A stretch of DNA of 64,000 nucleotides from Escherichia coli (GCF_045037415.1 NZ_CP173438.1); one strand, 5' to 3'. Positions 15,112 to 26,353 are shown, numbered from the stretch's first letter. The notes: a model not told the origin generated them from the letters alone. Made by a program: numbers and translations.

Positions 15112-15746
15112 TGTTTTGCCGCCTTGATGAGGGTGGTTTTCACCGGGAAGTAATCCGCGCCGAGATACTGTTCCGACTGGCGAATTTGCCCTTCGCTGTC
15201 GATCCAGTAGCGGTTATGCCAGCGCGCCTGGTCGGTGGAGACTTCTTCGTCCAGCACGCGAACCGGGGTTTCATCGCTGCCGACTTTGACGGTATCGGTG
15301 CCATCCCATTTGAAGACTGAGCGTGCGGTGGCGTAGCGTACCTGCTGGTACTCGGTCCAGCCCATCGTGCGCGTCCAGGTTGCACCATCAACAATTTGTG
15401 CGGGTTTAATCAGCGGGTCGGCGGCAAGGTTATTCACTTCAATCAGGTTGTCGCCGCCAAGCAAAGTCTTCACCAGACGACCATGTTGTGTGACAAGGGT
15501 GGCCTGATCCTGAGTGACCCATTTTTGTTGTCCGTCTTCAGCGAAGGCCAGCACCACAAATAACTGCGGCCCGCCATTAAGCTGCATGTACTGGCTGGCG
15601 TAGGGCATATTTTGAATATCATCGTCCGTCAGCTGTACGCCTGGCGTACCGAACAGACTGTCCCACAGTGAATTGCCCAGCTCTTTAGTCGTGGCTGAAC
15701 AGGCCTGTAATAGCAGGCAGATAAGAATGAGTGCTGGTCGCTTCAC
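15108..15746 (-). CDS. yjbF: YjbF lipoprotein
   Basis: GTG start at 15746 gives 212 aa beginning (M)KRPALILICLLLQAC with lipobox LLQAC; longer ORF start at 15776 is also GTG. Confidence 0.8.
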   Translation of the reverse strand: MKRPALILICLLLQACSATTKELGNSLWDSLFGTPGVQLTDDDIQNMPYASQYMQLNGGPQLFVVLAFAEDGQQKWVTQDQATLVTQHGRLVKTLLGGDNLIEVNNLAADPLIKPAQIVDGATWTRTMGWTEYQQVRYATARSVFKWDGTDTVKVGSDETPVRVLDEEVSTDQARWHNRYWIDSEGQIRQSEQYLGADYFPVKTTLIKAAKQ

Positions 15747-15860
15747 GACTCTTCTCCAGAGGGGCAGAATAACCACACCGGAGTGTGGTTATGGTTAATC
15801 CCCTTCATACTTCAAGCTTCAGATGCGATGACTCGAATTATTTTGGGGATACATACTTTA

Positions 15861-16103
15861 TTACTGGGTACTGGTGGTCGTGGTTGTGGTGGTCCCGGTA
15901 TTAGAACCATCACCGCCACCGGTTGCCGCGAGCGCGACACCCACCGCCGAGCTTACGGTGCTGACGCTGGTCGCGGAGGAACTACCCGCCGAAACCGACG
16001 TTGCTGCCGATCCTGCCGCTTCGCCCACCTGTACAGGTGCAGCCCACGCAGAAGTCGCCGCAAGCGCAGATATGGCAAAAATGCCATACAGAACTTTTTT
16101 CAT
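15861..16103 (-). CDS. yjbE: YjbE, small secreted Ser/Thr/Gly-rich protein
   Basis: 80 aa, signal peptide [21 protein letters not shown], poly-Thr C-terminus; first gene of yjbEFGH. Confidence 0.85.
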
Positions 16104-16412
16104 AACAATTTCCCTTCATTGAATGAATGGAGATTTACCCAAAACATTTCGGGCGGGATCGAGTATACACAACTAAAGCATGCGAATTACGGCGCGGGGA
16201 ATTAGTGATGGAGTTTTAGGACAATTGGAATGAATATCAAATATAAGCTTTGACTTATATATAAATAAGATTAAAAATCATGAAGTTAAAATAAAATAAA
16301 AAGTAATTACTCTGCGTATTTTCCGAAATAAACCACGATTAAAAATTTATTTTAGGATTAACCTCACGGTATGATTTTCGTTAAATGACAGACAAGAGGA
16401 TTTATCTGATAA

Positions 16413-16445
16413 AACAATGCCGACTTATAGTCGGCATTGTTTTTA
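16413..16445. terminator. bidirectional hairpin terminator downstream of pgi
   Basis: perfect palindrome aacaatgccgacttatagtcggcattgtt flanked by A-run and T-run. Confidence 0.75.
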
Positions 16446-16510
16446 AGGCTATTTAATCAATCGTACTATGTATTAATTGCCGAATACGATGTACATATCG
16501 GCATCGACCT

Positions 16511-16594
16511 GTAGGCCTGATAAGACGCGACCGCGTCGCATCAGGCATCGGTTGCCGGATGCGGCGTGAACGCCTTATCCGGCCTACATATCGA
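16511..16594. repeat. REP/BIME elements downstream of pgi
   Basis: gtaggcctgataagacgcg...gcatcaggc and gccggatgcggcgtgaacgccttatccggcctac. Confidence 0.85.
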
Positions 16595-16600
16595 CAATGA

Positions 16601-18250
16601 TTAACCGCGCCACGCTTTATAGCGGTTAATCAGACCATTGGTCGAGCTATCGTGGCTGCTGATTTCTTTGTCATCTTTCAGCTCTGGCAGAATACGGTTC
16701 GCCAGTTGTTTACCCAGCTCCACGCCCCATTGGTCGAAGGTGAAGATGTTCAGGATCACGCCCTGAGTAAAGATTTTGTGCTCATACAGCGCAATCAACG
16801 CCCCCAGGCTGAACGGAGTGATTTCACGCAGCAGGATGGAGTTGGTCGGGCGGTTACCTTCGAACACTTTGAACGGCACCACGTAGTCAAGCGTTGCCGG
16901 ATCTTTACCCTGATCGCGATATTCCTGCTCAACCACTTCGCGGGATTTACCAAACGCCAGCGCTTCGGTCTGAGCAAAGAAGTTAGACAGCAGTTTCTGG
17001 TGATGATCAGAGAGCGGGTTATGGGTGATAGCCGGAGCGATGAAATCGCACGGTACCATTTTGGTTCCCTGGTGGATCAGCTGATAGAACGCGTGCTGAC
17101 CGTTCGTGCCAGGTTCACCCCAGATAATCGGGCCAGTCTGGTAATCCACAACCTTACCGTTACGGTCAACATACTTACCGTTGGATTCCATATTGCCCTG
17201 CTGGAAGTACGCCGCGAAACGGTGCATATACTGGTCATACGGCAGAATCGCTTCAGTTTCCGCGCCAAAGAAATTGTTGTACCAGATGCCAATCAGCGCC
17301 AGCAGTACAGGCAGGTTTTTCTCGGCAGGCGTGGTGGAGAAATGCTTGTCCATCGCGTGTGCGCCAGAAAGCAGTTCAACGAAGTTATCAAAGCCGATGG
17401 AGAGAACAATCGACAGGCCAATCGCTGACCACAAAGAATAACGACCGCCGACCCAGTCCCAGAATTCGAACATGTTGGCAGTATCAATACCAAACTCGCC
17501 AACGGCTTTGGCGTTGGTGGAAAGCGCCGCAAAGTGTTTCGCAACGTGCTTCTCATCACCTGCCGCTTTCAGGAACCAGTCACGCGCGCTATGGGCGTTG
17601 GTCATGGTTTCCTGAGTGGTGAAGGTTTTAGATGCTACCAGGAACAGCGTGGTTTCCGGGTTTACTTTTTTCAGCACTTCCGCGATGTGAGTCCCATCGA
17701 CGTTAGAAACAAAGTGCATGTTCAGGTGGTTTTTGTATGGACGCAGTGCTTCAGTCACCATGTACGGGCCGAGGTCAGAACCGCCGATCCCGATGTTCAC
17801 TACGTCAGTGATTGCCTTGCCGGTATAGCCTTTCCACTCACCGGAAATAATCGCTTCCGAGAAGGTTTTCATCTTCTCCAGCACCGCGTTGACTTCCGGC
17901 ATAACATCTTTGCCATCAACCAGAATCGGGGTATTGCTACGGTTACGCAGCGCTACGTGCAGTACGGCGCGGTTTTCAGTGCGGTTGATCTTCTCGCCAG
18001 AGAACATCGACTTAATCGCGCCCGCCAGATCGCACTCTTTCGCCAGATCTTGTAATTTCGCCAGCGTCTCTTCAGTGATGCGGTTTTTGGAGTAATCCAC
18101 CAGCATCTGATCGTCGAAGGTTGCGGAGAACTTAGAAAAACGATCGCCGTCTTTAGCAAAAAGATCGGCGATCGTAACGTCTTTCATTTCATCGAAGTGT
18201 TTCTGTAGTGCCTGCCAGGCAGCGGTCTGCGTTGGATTGATGTTTTTCAT
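16601..18250 (-). CDS. pgi: glucose-6-phosphate isomerase
   Basis: start at [19 protein letters not shown] (549 aa); conserved PGI sequence. Confidence 0.97.
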
Positions 18251-18469
18251 TAGCAATACTCTTCTGATTTTGAGAATTGTGACTTTGGAAGATTGTAGCG
18301 CCAGTCACAGAAAAATGTGATGGTTTTAGTGCCGTTAGCGTAATGTTGAGTGTAAACCCTTAGCGCAGCGAAGCATTTATTAGCTGAACTACTGACCGCC
18401 AGGTGTGGATGAAAAATCCGCATGACCCCACCGTTGACAACCGCCCCGCTCACCCTTTATTTATAAATG

Positions 18470-18720
18470 TACTACCTGCGCTAGCGCAGGCCAGAAGAGG
18501 CGCGTTGCCCAAGTAACGGTGTTGGAGGAGCCAGTCCTGTGATAACACCTGAGGGGGTGCATCGCCGAGGTGATTGAACGGCTGGCTACGTTCATCATCG
18601 GCTACAGGGGCTGAATCCCCTGGGTTGTCACCAGAAGCGTTCGCAGTCGGGCGTTTCGCAAGTGGTGGAGCACTTCTGGGTGAAAATAGTAGCGAAGTAT
18701 CGCTCTGCGCCCACCCGTCT
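18470..18720 (+). promoter_or_regulatory. lysC leader with lysine riboswitch (L-box)
   Basis: long structured 5' UTR upstream of lysC with conserved segments ...gaggcgcgttgcccaagtaacgg...ggaggagcc...gggggtgcatcgccgaggtgattgaacggctgg...; boundaries approximate. Confidence 0.7.
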
Positions 18721-18774
18721 TCCGCTCTTCCCTTGTGCCAAGGCTGAAAATGGATCCCCTGACACGAGGTAGTT

Positions 18775-20124
18775 ATGTCTGAAATTGTTGTCTCCAAATT
18801 TGGCGGTACCAGCGTAGCTGATTTTGACGCCATGAACCGCAGCGCTGATATTGTGCTTTCTGATGCCAACGTACGTTTAGTTGTCCTCTCGGCTTCTGCT
18901 GGTATCACTAATCTACTGGTCGCTTTAGCTGAAGGACTGGAACCTGGCGAGCGATTCGAAAAACTCGACGCAATCCGCAATATCCAGTTTGCCATTCTGG
19001 AACGTCTGCGTTACCCGAACGTTATCCGTGAAGAGATTGAACGCCTGCTGGAGAACATTACCGTTCTGGCAGAAGCGGCGGCGCTGGCAACGTCTCCGGC
19101 CCTGACAGATGAACTGGTCAGCCACGGCGAGCTGATGTCGACCCTGCTGTTTGTCGAGATCCTGCGCGAACGCGATGTTCAGGCACAGTGGTTTGATGTA
19201 CGTAAAGTGATGCGTACCAACGACCGATTTGGTCGTGCAGAGCCAGATGTAGCCGCGCTGGCGGAACTGGCCGCGCTGCAGCTGCTCCCACGCCTCAATG
19301 AAGGCTTAGTGATCACCCAGGGATTTATCGGCAGCGAAAATAAAGGTCGTACAACGACGCTTGGCCGTGGAGGCAGCGATTATACGGCAGCCTTGCTGGC
19401 GGAGGCTTTACACGCATCTCGTGTTGATATCTGGACCGACGTCCCGGGCATCTACACCACCGATCCACGCGTGGTTTCTGCAGCAAAACGCATTGATGAA
19501 ATCGCGTTTGCCGAAGCGGCAGAGATGGCAACTTTTGGTGCAAAAGTACTGCATCCGGCAACGTTGCTACCCGCAGTACGCAGCGATATCCCGGTCTTTG
19601 TCGGCTCCAGCAAAGACCCACGCGCAGGTGGTACGCTGGTGTGCAATAAAACTGAAAATCCGCCGCTGTTCCGCGCGCTGGCGCTTCGTCGCAATCAGAC
19701 TCTGCTCACTTTGCACAGCCTGAATATGCTGCATTCTCGCGGTTTCCTCGCGGAAGTTTTCGGCATCCTCGCGCGGCATAATATTTCGGTAGACTTAATC
19801 ACCACATCAGAAGTGAGCGTGGCATTAACCCTTGATACCACCGGTTCAACCTCCACTGGCGATACGTTGCTGACGCAATCCCTGCTGATGGAGCTTTCCG
19901 CACTGTGCCGGGTGGAAGTGGAAGAGGGTCTGGCGCTGGTCGCGTTGATTGGCAATGACCTGTCAAAAGCCTGCGGCGTTGGCAAAGAGGTATTCGGCGT
20001 ACTGGAACCGTTCAACATTCGCATGATTTGTTACGGCGCATCCAGCCATAACCTGTGCTTCCTGGTGCCCGGCGAAGATGCCGAGCAGGTGGTGCAGAAG
20101 CTACATTTTAATTTGTTTGAGTAA
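18775..20124 (+). CDS. lysC: lysine-sensitive aspartokinase III
   Basis: 449 aa, MSEIVVSKFGGTSVADFDAMNRSADIVL...; ACT domains at C-terminus. Confidence 0.97.
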   Translation: MSEIVVSKFGGTSVADFDAMNRSADIVLSDANVRLVVLSASAGITNLLVALAEGLEPGERFEKLDAIRNIQFAILERLRYPNVIREEIERLLENITVLAEAAALATSPALTDELVSHGELMSTLLFVEILRERDVQAQWFDVRKVMRTNDRFGRAEPDVAALAELAALQLLPRLNEGLVITQGFIGSENKGRTTTLGRGGSDYTAALLAEALHASRVDIWTDVPGIYTTDPRVVSAAKRIDEIAFAEAAEMATFGAKVLHPATLLPAVRSDIPVFVGSSKDPRAGGTLVCNKTENPPLFRALALRRNQTLLTLHSLNMLHSRGFLAEVFGILARHNISVDLITTSEVSVALTLDTTGSTSTGDTLLTQSLLMELSALCRVEVEEGLALVALIGNDLSKACGVGKEVFGVLEPFNIRMICYGASSHNLCFLVPGEDAEQVVQKLHFNLFE

Positions 20125-20376
20125 ACACAGTATGGCCCGGAAGACATTATTTCGGGCCGTATTGTTTTTCTTGTCATTATGCCCATAAATAAACGAGCCT
20201 GTACTCTGTTAACCAGCGTCTTTATCGGAGAATAATTGCCTTTAATTTTTTATCCGCATCTCTAACTAATTATCGAAAGAGATAAATAGTTAAGAGAAGG
20301 CAAAATGAATATTATCAGTTCTGCTCGCAAACGAATTCCCGTACACTGAACTCTCTGGCTCACTGAGGGCACCATC

Positions 20377-20649
20377 ATGGCACTCCCCCGTATTACCCAA
20401 AAAGAGATGACTGAACGCGAGCAGCGTGAACTTAAAACACTGCTGGATCGGGCGCGGATTGCGCATGGTCGCGTACTGACCAACTCCGAAACCAACAGCA
20501 TTAAGAAAGAGTACATCGATAAATTAATGGTCGAGCGTGAGGCTGAAGCGAAAAAAGCCCGCCAATTGAAGAAAAAGCAGGCTTATAAACCGGATCCTGA
20601 GGCGTCATTTAGCTGGTCAGCAAATACGTCGACGCGCGGCAGGCGCTGA
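20377..20649 (+). CDS. yjbD: small charged protein YjbD (DUF3811-like)
   Basis: 90-aa ORF MALPRITQKEMTEREQRELKTLLDRARIAHGR...; position between lysC and rluF. Confidence 0.7.
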   Translation: MALPRITQKEMTEREQRELKTLLDRARIAHGRVLTNSETNSIKKEYIDKLMVEREAEAKKARQLKKKQAYKPDPEASFSWSANTSTRGRR

Positions 20650-21522
20650 TTAACGCCCCTTCTTTTTGCGCCCCGGCGAGGTAAAACGCTTACCGTTGGA
20701 CGCCGGGCGACCGCCTTTTTCCGCCGTTTTTTCCATCTTAACGACTGGACGTTTGATGCCTACCGTTTTCGGTTTGGCCTTCGCTTTAGGTTTTGCCTCG
20801 GAAGAGGAATTTTCAATGAGCTTAAAGAGATCGATTAACTCATCGTCGGTTAAATCGCGCCACTCACCCAGCGGAATGCCGCTTAAGCTGACGTTCATAA
20901 TGCGCGTACGTTCCAGCTTTTTCACTTCGTAACCAAAGTGCTCGCACATGCGACGAATCTGACGGTTCAGCCCCTGCACCAGGGTAATGCGGAAGACAAA
21001 CGGTGCTTCTTTTTTGACTTTGCACTTTTTAGTTACCGTCCCGAGGATCGGCACTCCCGCCCCCATACCACGAATAAATTCATCGGTAATCGGTTTATCA
21101 ACCGTCACCAGATACTCTTTCTCATGATCGTTACCCGCACGGAGGATCTTATTCACTAGATCGCCGTGATTGGTGAGGAAAATCAGCCCCTGGGAATCTT
21201 TATCCAGGCGGCCAATCGGGAACACGCGTTTGCTGTGGTTAACGAAATCGACAATGTTATCGCGCTCGCCATCTTCGGTGGTGCTGACAATGCCTACGGG
21301 CTTGTTCAGGGCGATAAGTACCAAATCTTCGGCTTCCCGAGGCTCAATCAACTGACCGTTTACTTTCACAACGTCGCCGGATTTCACCTGATCGCCAATG
21401 GTGGCTCGCTTGCCATTAAGGAACACATTGCCTTGCTCGATATAGCGATCCGCTTCGCGGCGTGAGCAAATTCCGCTTTCGCTGATGTATTTATTTAAAC
21501 GGACTGATGAGTCGGGCAGCAT
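20650..21522 (-). CDS. rluF: 23S rRNA pseudouridine synthase F
   Basis: 290 aa; S4 domain then pseudouridine synthase core (...[18 protein letters not shown]...); Lys/Arg-rich tail. Confidence 0.9.
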   Translation of the reverse strand: MLPDSSVRLNKYISESGICSRREADRYIEQGNVFLNGKRATIGDQVKSGDVVKVNGQLIEPREAEDLVLIALNKPVGIVSTTEDGERDNIVDFVNHSKRVFPIGRLDKDSQGLIFLTNHGDLVNKILRAGNDHEKEYLVTVDKPITDEFIRGMGAGVPILGTVTKKCKVKKEAPFVFRITLVQGLNRQIRRMCEHFGYEVKKLERTRIMNVSLSGIPLGEWRDLTDDELIDLFKLIENSSSEAKPKAKAKPKTVGIKRPVVKMEKTAEKGGRPASNGKRFTSPGRKKKGR

Positions 21523-21839
21523 AAATTCTCCTGTAAAACGCGGAATATACCGTACCTCTTAGCGGGGAAAAACAGGGTTATGCGGCAACGTCGAAATTAA
21601 ATGTGATCTGCCACGCCTTTTATCACAAAAGTGTCTCCGGAAGTACGATGCAAATTTGCCTGGCAAAATAAGGATAATCAACAAATTACGAATCGCTGCA
21701 CACCTGTGCTGATGACTACTACGCAGAGAAACAAATGTGCAAGAGAAAGCGCTATTTCCCCCCATGCAAAGAGTGAAAAATCGCTTTGAAAGGCCATCAT
21801 GATGGGGTTATATCAGATCAAGCGGTGAGAAAGCGTATT

Positions 21840-21853
21840 TGCACAAATGTGCA
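21840..21853. promoter_or_regulatory. perfect 6-2-6 inverted repeat TGCACAAATGTGCA upstream of sorC, candidate operator
   Basis: palindrome 17 bp upstream of sorC ATG; related half-site caaatgtgca also at ~21733; no binding evidence. Confidence 0.35.
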
Positions 21854-21869
21854 GAACCAGGAGGCGGCA

Positions 21870-22817
21870 ATGGAAAACAGTGACGATATCCGTTTGATTG
21901 TGAAGATTGCCCAACTCTATTACGAACAGGATATGACGCAGGCGCAAATTGCGCGCGAACTGGGTATTTACCGCACCACCATCAGCCGCTTGCTTAAACG
22001 AGGCCGCGATCAGGGAATTGTCACCATCGCCATCAACTATGACTACAACGAAAATCTCTGGCTGGAGCAGCAAGTGAAGCAAAAGTTTGGCCTGAAAGAC
22101 GTTGTGGTGGTGTCAGGAAATGATGAGGATGAAGATACTCAACTGGCGATGATGGGGTTACACGGCGCGCAACTGCTGGATCGCTTGCTGGAACCTGGTG
22201 ATATTGTTGGTTTTTCCTGGGGTCGCGCGGTGAGCGCACTGGTTGAAAACTTGCCGCAGGCGGGGCAATCGCGGCAGTTAATTTGCGTGCCGATTATTGG
22301 CGGCCCGTCCGGTAAACTCGAAAGCCGCTATCACGTAAACACATTAACCTACAGCGCGGCAGCGAAGCTGAAAGGGGAATCGCATCTCGCGGATTTTCCG
22401 GCTCTGCTGGATAACCCATTAATTCGTAATGGGATCATGCAGTCTCAGCACTTTAAAACCATCTCTGCCTACTGGGATAATCTGGATGTCGCCCTGGTGG
22501 GAATTGGCTCACCGGCCATTCGCGACGGCGCTAACTGGCATGCGTTTTATGGTGGTGAAGAGAGTGACGACCTGAATGCCCGCCAGGTTGCTGGCGATAT
22601 TTGCTCGCGCTTTTTTGATATTCACGGCGCAATGGTTGAAACGAATATGAGCGAAAAAACACTCTCTATCGAAATGAATAAATTAAAGCAGGCACGGTAT
22701 TCCATTGGCATTGCCATGAGCGAAGAAAAATACAGCGGAATTGTTGGTGCACTGCGTGGAAAATATATTAATTGTCTGGTAACGAATAGCAGCACAGCTG
22801 AACTATTACTGAAATAA
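21870..22817 (+). CDS. sorC: SorC-family (DeoR-like HTH plus sugar-binding domain) regulator of the sorbose operon
   Basis: start at MENSDDIRLIVKIAQLYYEQDMTQAQIARELG with RBS aggagg; N-terminal HTH; 315 aa. Confidence 0.8.
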   Translation: MENSDDIRLIVKIAQLYYEQDMTQAQIARELGIYRTTISRLLKRGRDQGIVTIAINYDYNENLWLEQQVKQKFGLKDVVVVSGNDEDEDTQLAMMGLHGAQLLDRLLEPGDIVGFSWGRAVSALVENLPQAGQSRQLICVPIIGGPSGKLESRYHVNTLTYSAAAKLKGESHLADFPALLDNPLIRNGIMQSQHFKTISAYWDNLDVALVGIGSPAIRDGANWHAFYGGEESDDLNARQVAGDICSRFFDIHGAMVETNMSEKTLSIEMNKLKQARYSIGIAMSEEKYSGIVGALRGKYINCLVTNSSTAELLLK

Positions 22818-22886
22818 AAATCTTCCCGATGTTTACCGTAATAAAAATTACGGCGGGTCCTTATTATCTAAAATCAGGAGTCTGTT

Positions 22887-23693
22887 ATGCAAACGTGGTT
22901 AAATTTGCAGGATAAAATCATTATTGTCACCGGTGGCGCATCCGGCATTGGTCTGGCGATTGTGGATGAATTATTAGCACAAGGCGCGAATGTACAGATG
23001 GTCGATATTCACGGTGGCGATGGTCAGTATGAAAGCCATAAAGGTTATCAGTTCTGGCCGACCGATATTTCCAGCGCCAAAGAGGTAAATCATACGGTAG
23101 CAGAAATTATCCAGCGTTTTGGTCGCATCGACGGTCTGGTTAACAACGCCGGGGTCAATTTCCCGCGTCTGCTGGTCGATGAGAAAGCGCCTGCCGGGCA
23201 GTATGAACTCAACGAAGCTGCATTCGAAAAAATGGTCAATATCAACCAGAAAGGCGTTTTTCTGATGTCGCAGGCGGTGGCGCGACAGATGGTCAAACAA
23301 CATGATGGCGTGATTGTGAATGTTTCCTCAGAAAGTGGGCTGGAAGGCTCAGAAGGCCAAAGCTGTTACGCCGCGACCAAAGCCGCGCTCAATAGCTTCA
23401 CGCGCTCCTGGTCGAAAGAGCTGGGTAAGCACGGTATCCGTGTGGTCGGTATCGCGCCGGGGATTCTGGAAAAAACAGGGCTGCGCACGCCGGAATATGA
23501 AGAGGCGCTGGCGTGGACGCGCAATATCACCGTCGAGCAGCTGCGTGAAGGCTATACCAAAAACGCCATTCCTATTGGGCGCGCCGGAAGATTAGCAGAA
23601 GTGGCTGATTTTGTTTGTTATCTGCTGTCTGAACGCGCCAGCTATATCACCGGAGTAACCACTAACATTGCGGGCGGCAAAACGCGCGGCTAA
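22887..23693 (+). CDS. sorD: short-chain dehydrogenase (sorbitol-6-phosphate dehydrogenase type)
   Basis: 268 aa; TGGASGIG Rossmann motif and YxxxK catalytic pair (SCYAATKAA). Confidence 0.8.
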   Translation: MQTWLNLQDKIIIVTGGASGIGLAIVDELLAQGANVQMVDIHGGDGQYESHKGYQFWPTDISSAKEVNHTVAEIIQRFGRIDGLVNNAGVNFPRLLVDEKAPAGQYELNEAAFEKMVNINQKGVFLMSQAVARQMVKQHDGVIVNVSSESGLEGSEGQSCYAATKAALNSFTRSWSKELGKHGIRVVGIAPGILEKTGLRTPEYEEALAWTRNITVEQLREGYTKNAIPIGRAGRLAEVADFVCYLLSERASYITGVTTNIAGGKTRG

Positions 23694-23702
23694 GGAGGCT
23701 TT

Positions 23703-24110
23703 ATGGTCAATGCCATTTTTTGTGCGCATGGCAAATTAGCTTGCGCCATGCTGGAATCGGTTCAGATGGTTTACGGCGATGCCAGGGTCGAGGCAGTTGA
23801 ATTTGTGCCCGGCGAGAACGCCGGAGACATCGTAGCAAAGCTGGAAAAGTTAGTAAGCATTCACAATCAAGATGAGTGGCTGATTGCCGTGGATTTACAG
23901 TGCGGCAGCCCGTGGAATGCGGCAGCGATGCTTGCGATGCGCAATCCTCGTCTGCGGGTAATCAGCGGCCTTTCTCTGCCGCTAGCGCTCGAACTGGTTG
24001 ATAACCAGGACAGCATGAATGTTGATGAACTGTGTGAACACCTGACGCAAATCGCAAAGCAAACCTGCGTCGTCTGGAGACAGGTGGCAACAGCGGAGGA
24101 GGATTTCTGA
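23703..24110 (+). CDS. sorF: PTS mannose/sorbose-family EIIA component
   Basis: 135 aa MVNAIFCAHGKLACAMLESVQMVYG...; EIIA-Man fold pattern; operon position. Confidence 0.8.
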   Translation: MVNAIFCAHGKLACAMLESVQMVYGDARVEAVEFVPGENAGDIVAKLEKLVSIHNQDEWLIAVDLQCGSPWNAAAMLAMRNPRLRVISGLSLPLALELVDNQDSMNVDELCEHLTQIAKQTCVVWRQVATAEEDF

Positions 24111-24604
24111 TGAACATTACGCTCGCCCGCATTGATGACCGCCTGATCCACGGCCAGGTCACTACCGTCTGGTCTAAAGTGGCTAACGCCCAGCGCATTA
24201 TTATCTGCAATGACGAAGTTTATAACGATGAAGTTCGCCGGACATTATTGCGTCAGGCTGCGCCACCGGGAATGAAGGTTAACGTGGTCAATATTGAAAA
24301 AGCCGTCGCGGTGTATCACAACCCGCAATATCAGGACGAAACCGTTTTTTATCTTTTCACTCGCCCACAGGATGCCTTAGCAATGGTTCGCCAGGGGGTA
24401 AAAATAGGTACCCTGAATATTGGCGGCATGGCCTGGCGTCCTGGTAAAAAACAGTTAACCAAAGCAGTTTCATTAGATGACGATGATATTAACGCATTTC
24501 ATGAGTTAAATAATCTTGGCGTCATACTGGATTTACGCGTCGTAGCGTCAGATCCCTCAATCAATATTATCGACAAAATAAATGAACAGTTAATCGCGAA
24601 TTAA
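24110..24604 (+). CDS. sorB: PTS mannose/sorbose-family EIIB component
   Basis: 164 aa MNITLARIDDRLIHGQVTTVWSK... (conserved IIB-Man N-terminus with phospho-His). Confidence 0.8.
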   Translation: MNITLARIDDRLIHGQVTTVWSKVANAQRIIICNDEVYNDEVRRTLLRQAAPPGMKVNVVNIEKAVAVYHNPQYQDETVFYLFTRPQDALAMVRQGVKIGTLNIGGMAWRPGKKQLTKAVSLDDDDINAFHELNNLGVILDLRVVASDPSINIIDKINEQLIAN

Positions 24605-24669
24605 ATAATAGCGCCTGTGTACATATGCTTTAACAGGCAGGGATGACGACACTTAAAAGGTGACAAATC

Positions 24670-25467
24670 ATGGAAATAAGTACTCTACAAATCATTGCTA
24701 TATTTCTTTTTTCCTGTATTGCCGGAATGGGCAGCGTGCTGGATGAATTTCAGACTCATCGTCCGTTAATTGCCTGTACGGTGATTGGTTTAATTCTCGG
24801 TGATTTAAAAACCGGAATTATGCTCGGTGGTACGCTGGAATTGATAGCTCTCGGCTGGATGAACGTCGGCGCGGCGCAATCTCCGGATTCTGCGCTCGCC
24901 AGCATAATCTCCGCCATTCTGGTTATCGTTGGTCAGCAAAGCATCGCCACCGGAATCGCCATCGCGTTGCCTGTGGCTGCGGCAGGCCAGGTGCTGACGG
25001 TGTTTGCCCGTACCATCACCGTAGTGTTCCAGCACGCGGCGGATAAAGCAGCGGAAGAAGCACGGTTTCGCACTCTCGATATTCTGCATGTCTCCGCGCT
25101 TGGCGTGCAGGCACTGCGCGTTGCTATTCCGGCACTGATTGTCTCGCTGTTCGTCAGCGCTGATATGGTGAGCAATATGCTGAGCGCCATTCCCGAATTT
25201 GTGACCCGTGGACTGCAGATTGCTGGCGGTTTTATCGTGGTGGTCGGTTACGCCATGGTGCTTCGCATGATGGGCGTGAAATATTTGATGCCTTTCTTTT
25301 TCCTCGGTTTCCTCGCAGGTGGCTACCTCGATCTCAGTCTGCTGGCGTTCGGTGGCGTCGGCGTGATCATGGCCCTGCTCTACATCCAGTTAAATCCACA
25401 GTGGCGTAAAGCTGAACCACATCCCCAGACCACCACTATCACCGCCCTTGACCAACTTGATGATTAA
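24670..25467 (+). CDS. sorA: PTS mannose/sorbose-family EIIC component
   Basis: 265-aa polytopic membrane protein. Confidence 0.8.
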   Translation: MEISTLQIIAIFLFSCIAGMGSVLDEFQTHRPLIACTVIGLILGDLKTGIMLGGTLELIALGWMNVGAAQSPDSALASIISAILVIVGQQSIATGIAIALPVAAAGQVLTVFARTITVVFQHAADKAAEEARFRTLDILHVSALGVQALRVAIPALIVSLFVSADMVSNMLSAIPEFVTRGLQIAGGFIVVVGYAMVLRMMGVKYLMPFFFLGFLAGGYLDLSLLAFGGVGVIMALLYIQLNPQWRKAEPHPQTTTITALDQLDD

Positions 25468-25477
25468 CGGAGCCATC

Positions 25478-26302
25478 ATGGAACAGAGAAAAATTACACG
25501 CAGCGATCTGGTGAGCATGTTTCTGCGCTCCAACCTGCAACAGGCATCCTTTAACTTTGAACGTATTCACGGGCTGGGTTTTTGCTACGACATGATCCCC
25601 GCCATCAAACGACTTTACCCATTAAAAGAGGATCAGGTTGCGGCGCTCAGGCGACACCTGGTGTTCTTCAATACCACGCCAGCCGTATGTGGCCCGGTCA
25701 TCGGCGTCACTGCCGCCATGGAAGAGGCGCGAGCCAACGGCGCGGAAATTGATGACGGTACCATTAACGGCATCAAAGTCGGTCTGATGGGACCATTGGC
25801 AGGAGTTGGCGATCCACTGGTCTGGGGAACGCTGCGCCCGATTACCGCCGCGCTCGGCGCATCTCTGGCACTTTCGGGCAACATTCTCGGCCCCCTGCTG
25901 TTCTTCTTTATTTTCAACGTGGTGCGCCTGGCGATGAAGTGGTATGGCCTACAGCTCGGCTTTCGCAAAGGGGTGAATATCGTCAGCGATATGGGCGGTA
26001 ATTTGCTGCAAAAACTCACCGAAGGCGCGTCGATTCTCGGGCTGTTTGTGATGGGCGTGCTGGTGACCAAATGGACGTCAATCAACGTACCGTTGGTGGT
26101 TTCACAAACGCCTGCCGCCGATGGTGCCACCGTCACCATAACCGTGCAGAACATCCTCGACCAACTTTGCCCTGGTTTGCTGGCGCTCGGTCTGACGCTG
26201 CTGATGGTTCGTCTGCTCAACAAAAAAATTAACCCGGTATGGCTGATTTTCGCCCTGTTTGGTTTAGGGATTATCGGTAATGCGCTGGGCTTCCTGTCCT
26301 GA
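25478..26302 (+). CDS. sorM: PTS mannose/sorbose-family EIID component
   Basis: start at MEQRKITRSDLVSMFLRSNLQQASFNFERIHGLGF (IID signature), 274 aa. Confidence 0.8.
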   Translation: MEQRKITRSDLVSMFLRSNLQQASFNFERIHGLGFCYDMIPAIKRLYPLKEDQVAALRRHLVFFNTTPAVCGPVIGVTAAMEEARANGAEIDDGTINGIKVGLMGPLAGVGDPLVWGTLRPITAALGASLALSGNILGPLLFFFIFNVVRLAMKWYGLQLGFRKGVNIVSDMGGNLLQKLTEGASILGLFVMGVLVTKWTSINVPLVVSQTPAADGATVTITVQNILDQLCPGLLALGLTLLMVRLLNKKINPVWLIFALFGLGIIGNALGFLS

Positions 26303-26353
26303 TTCTTCGCCCCGGCGCAACCGTCGGGGCCATCGTTCAACACGAGGTGGTTT

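Noticed and set aside
15783-16205. 140-aa Arg/Gly-rich ORF on plus strand
   Set aside because: Overlaps yjbE on the opposite strand; yjbE has a proper signal peptide and operon context, and the plus ORF has low-complexity composition.
20305-20349. 14-codon ORF (MNIISSARKRIPVH) upstream of yjbD
   Set aside because: Too short and no recognisable attenuator or leader-peptide context; likely chance.
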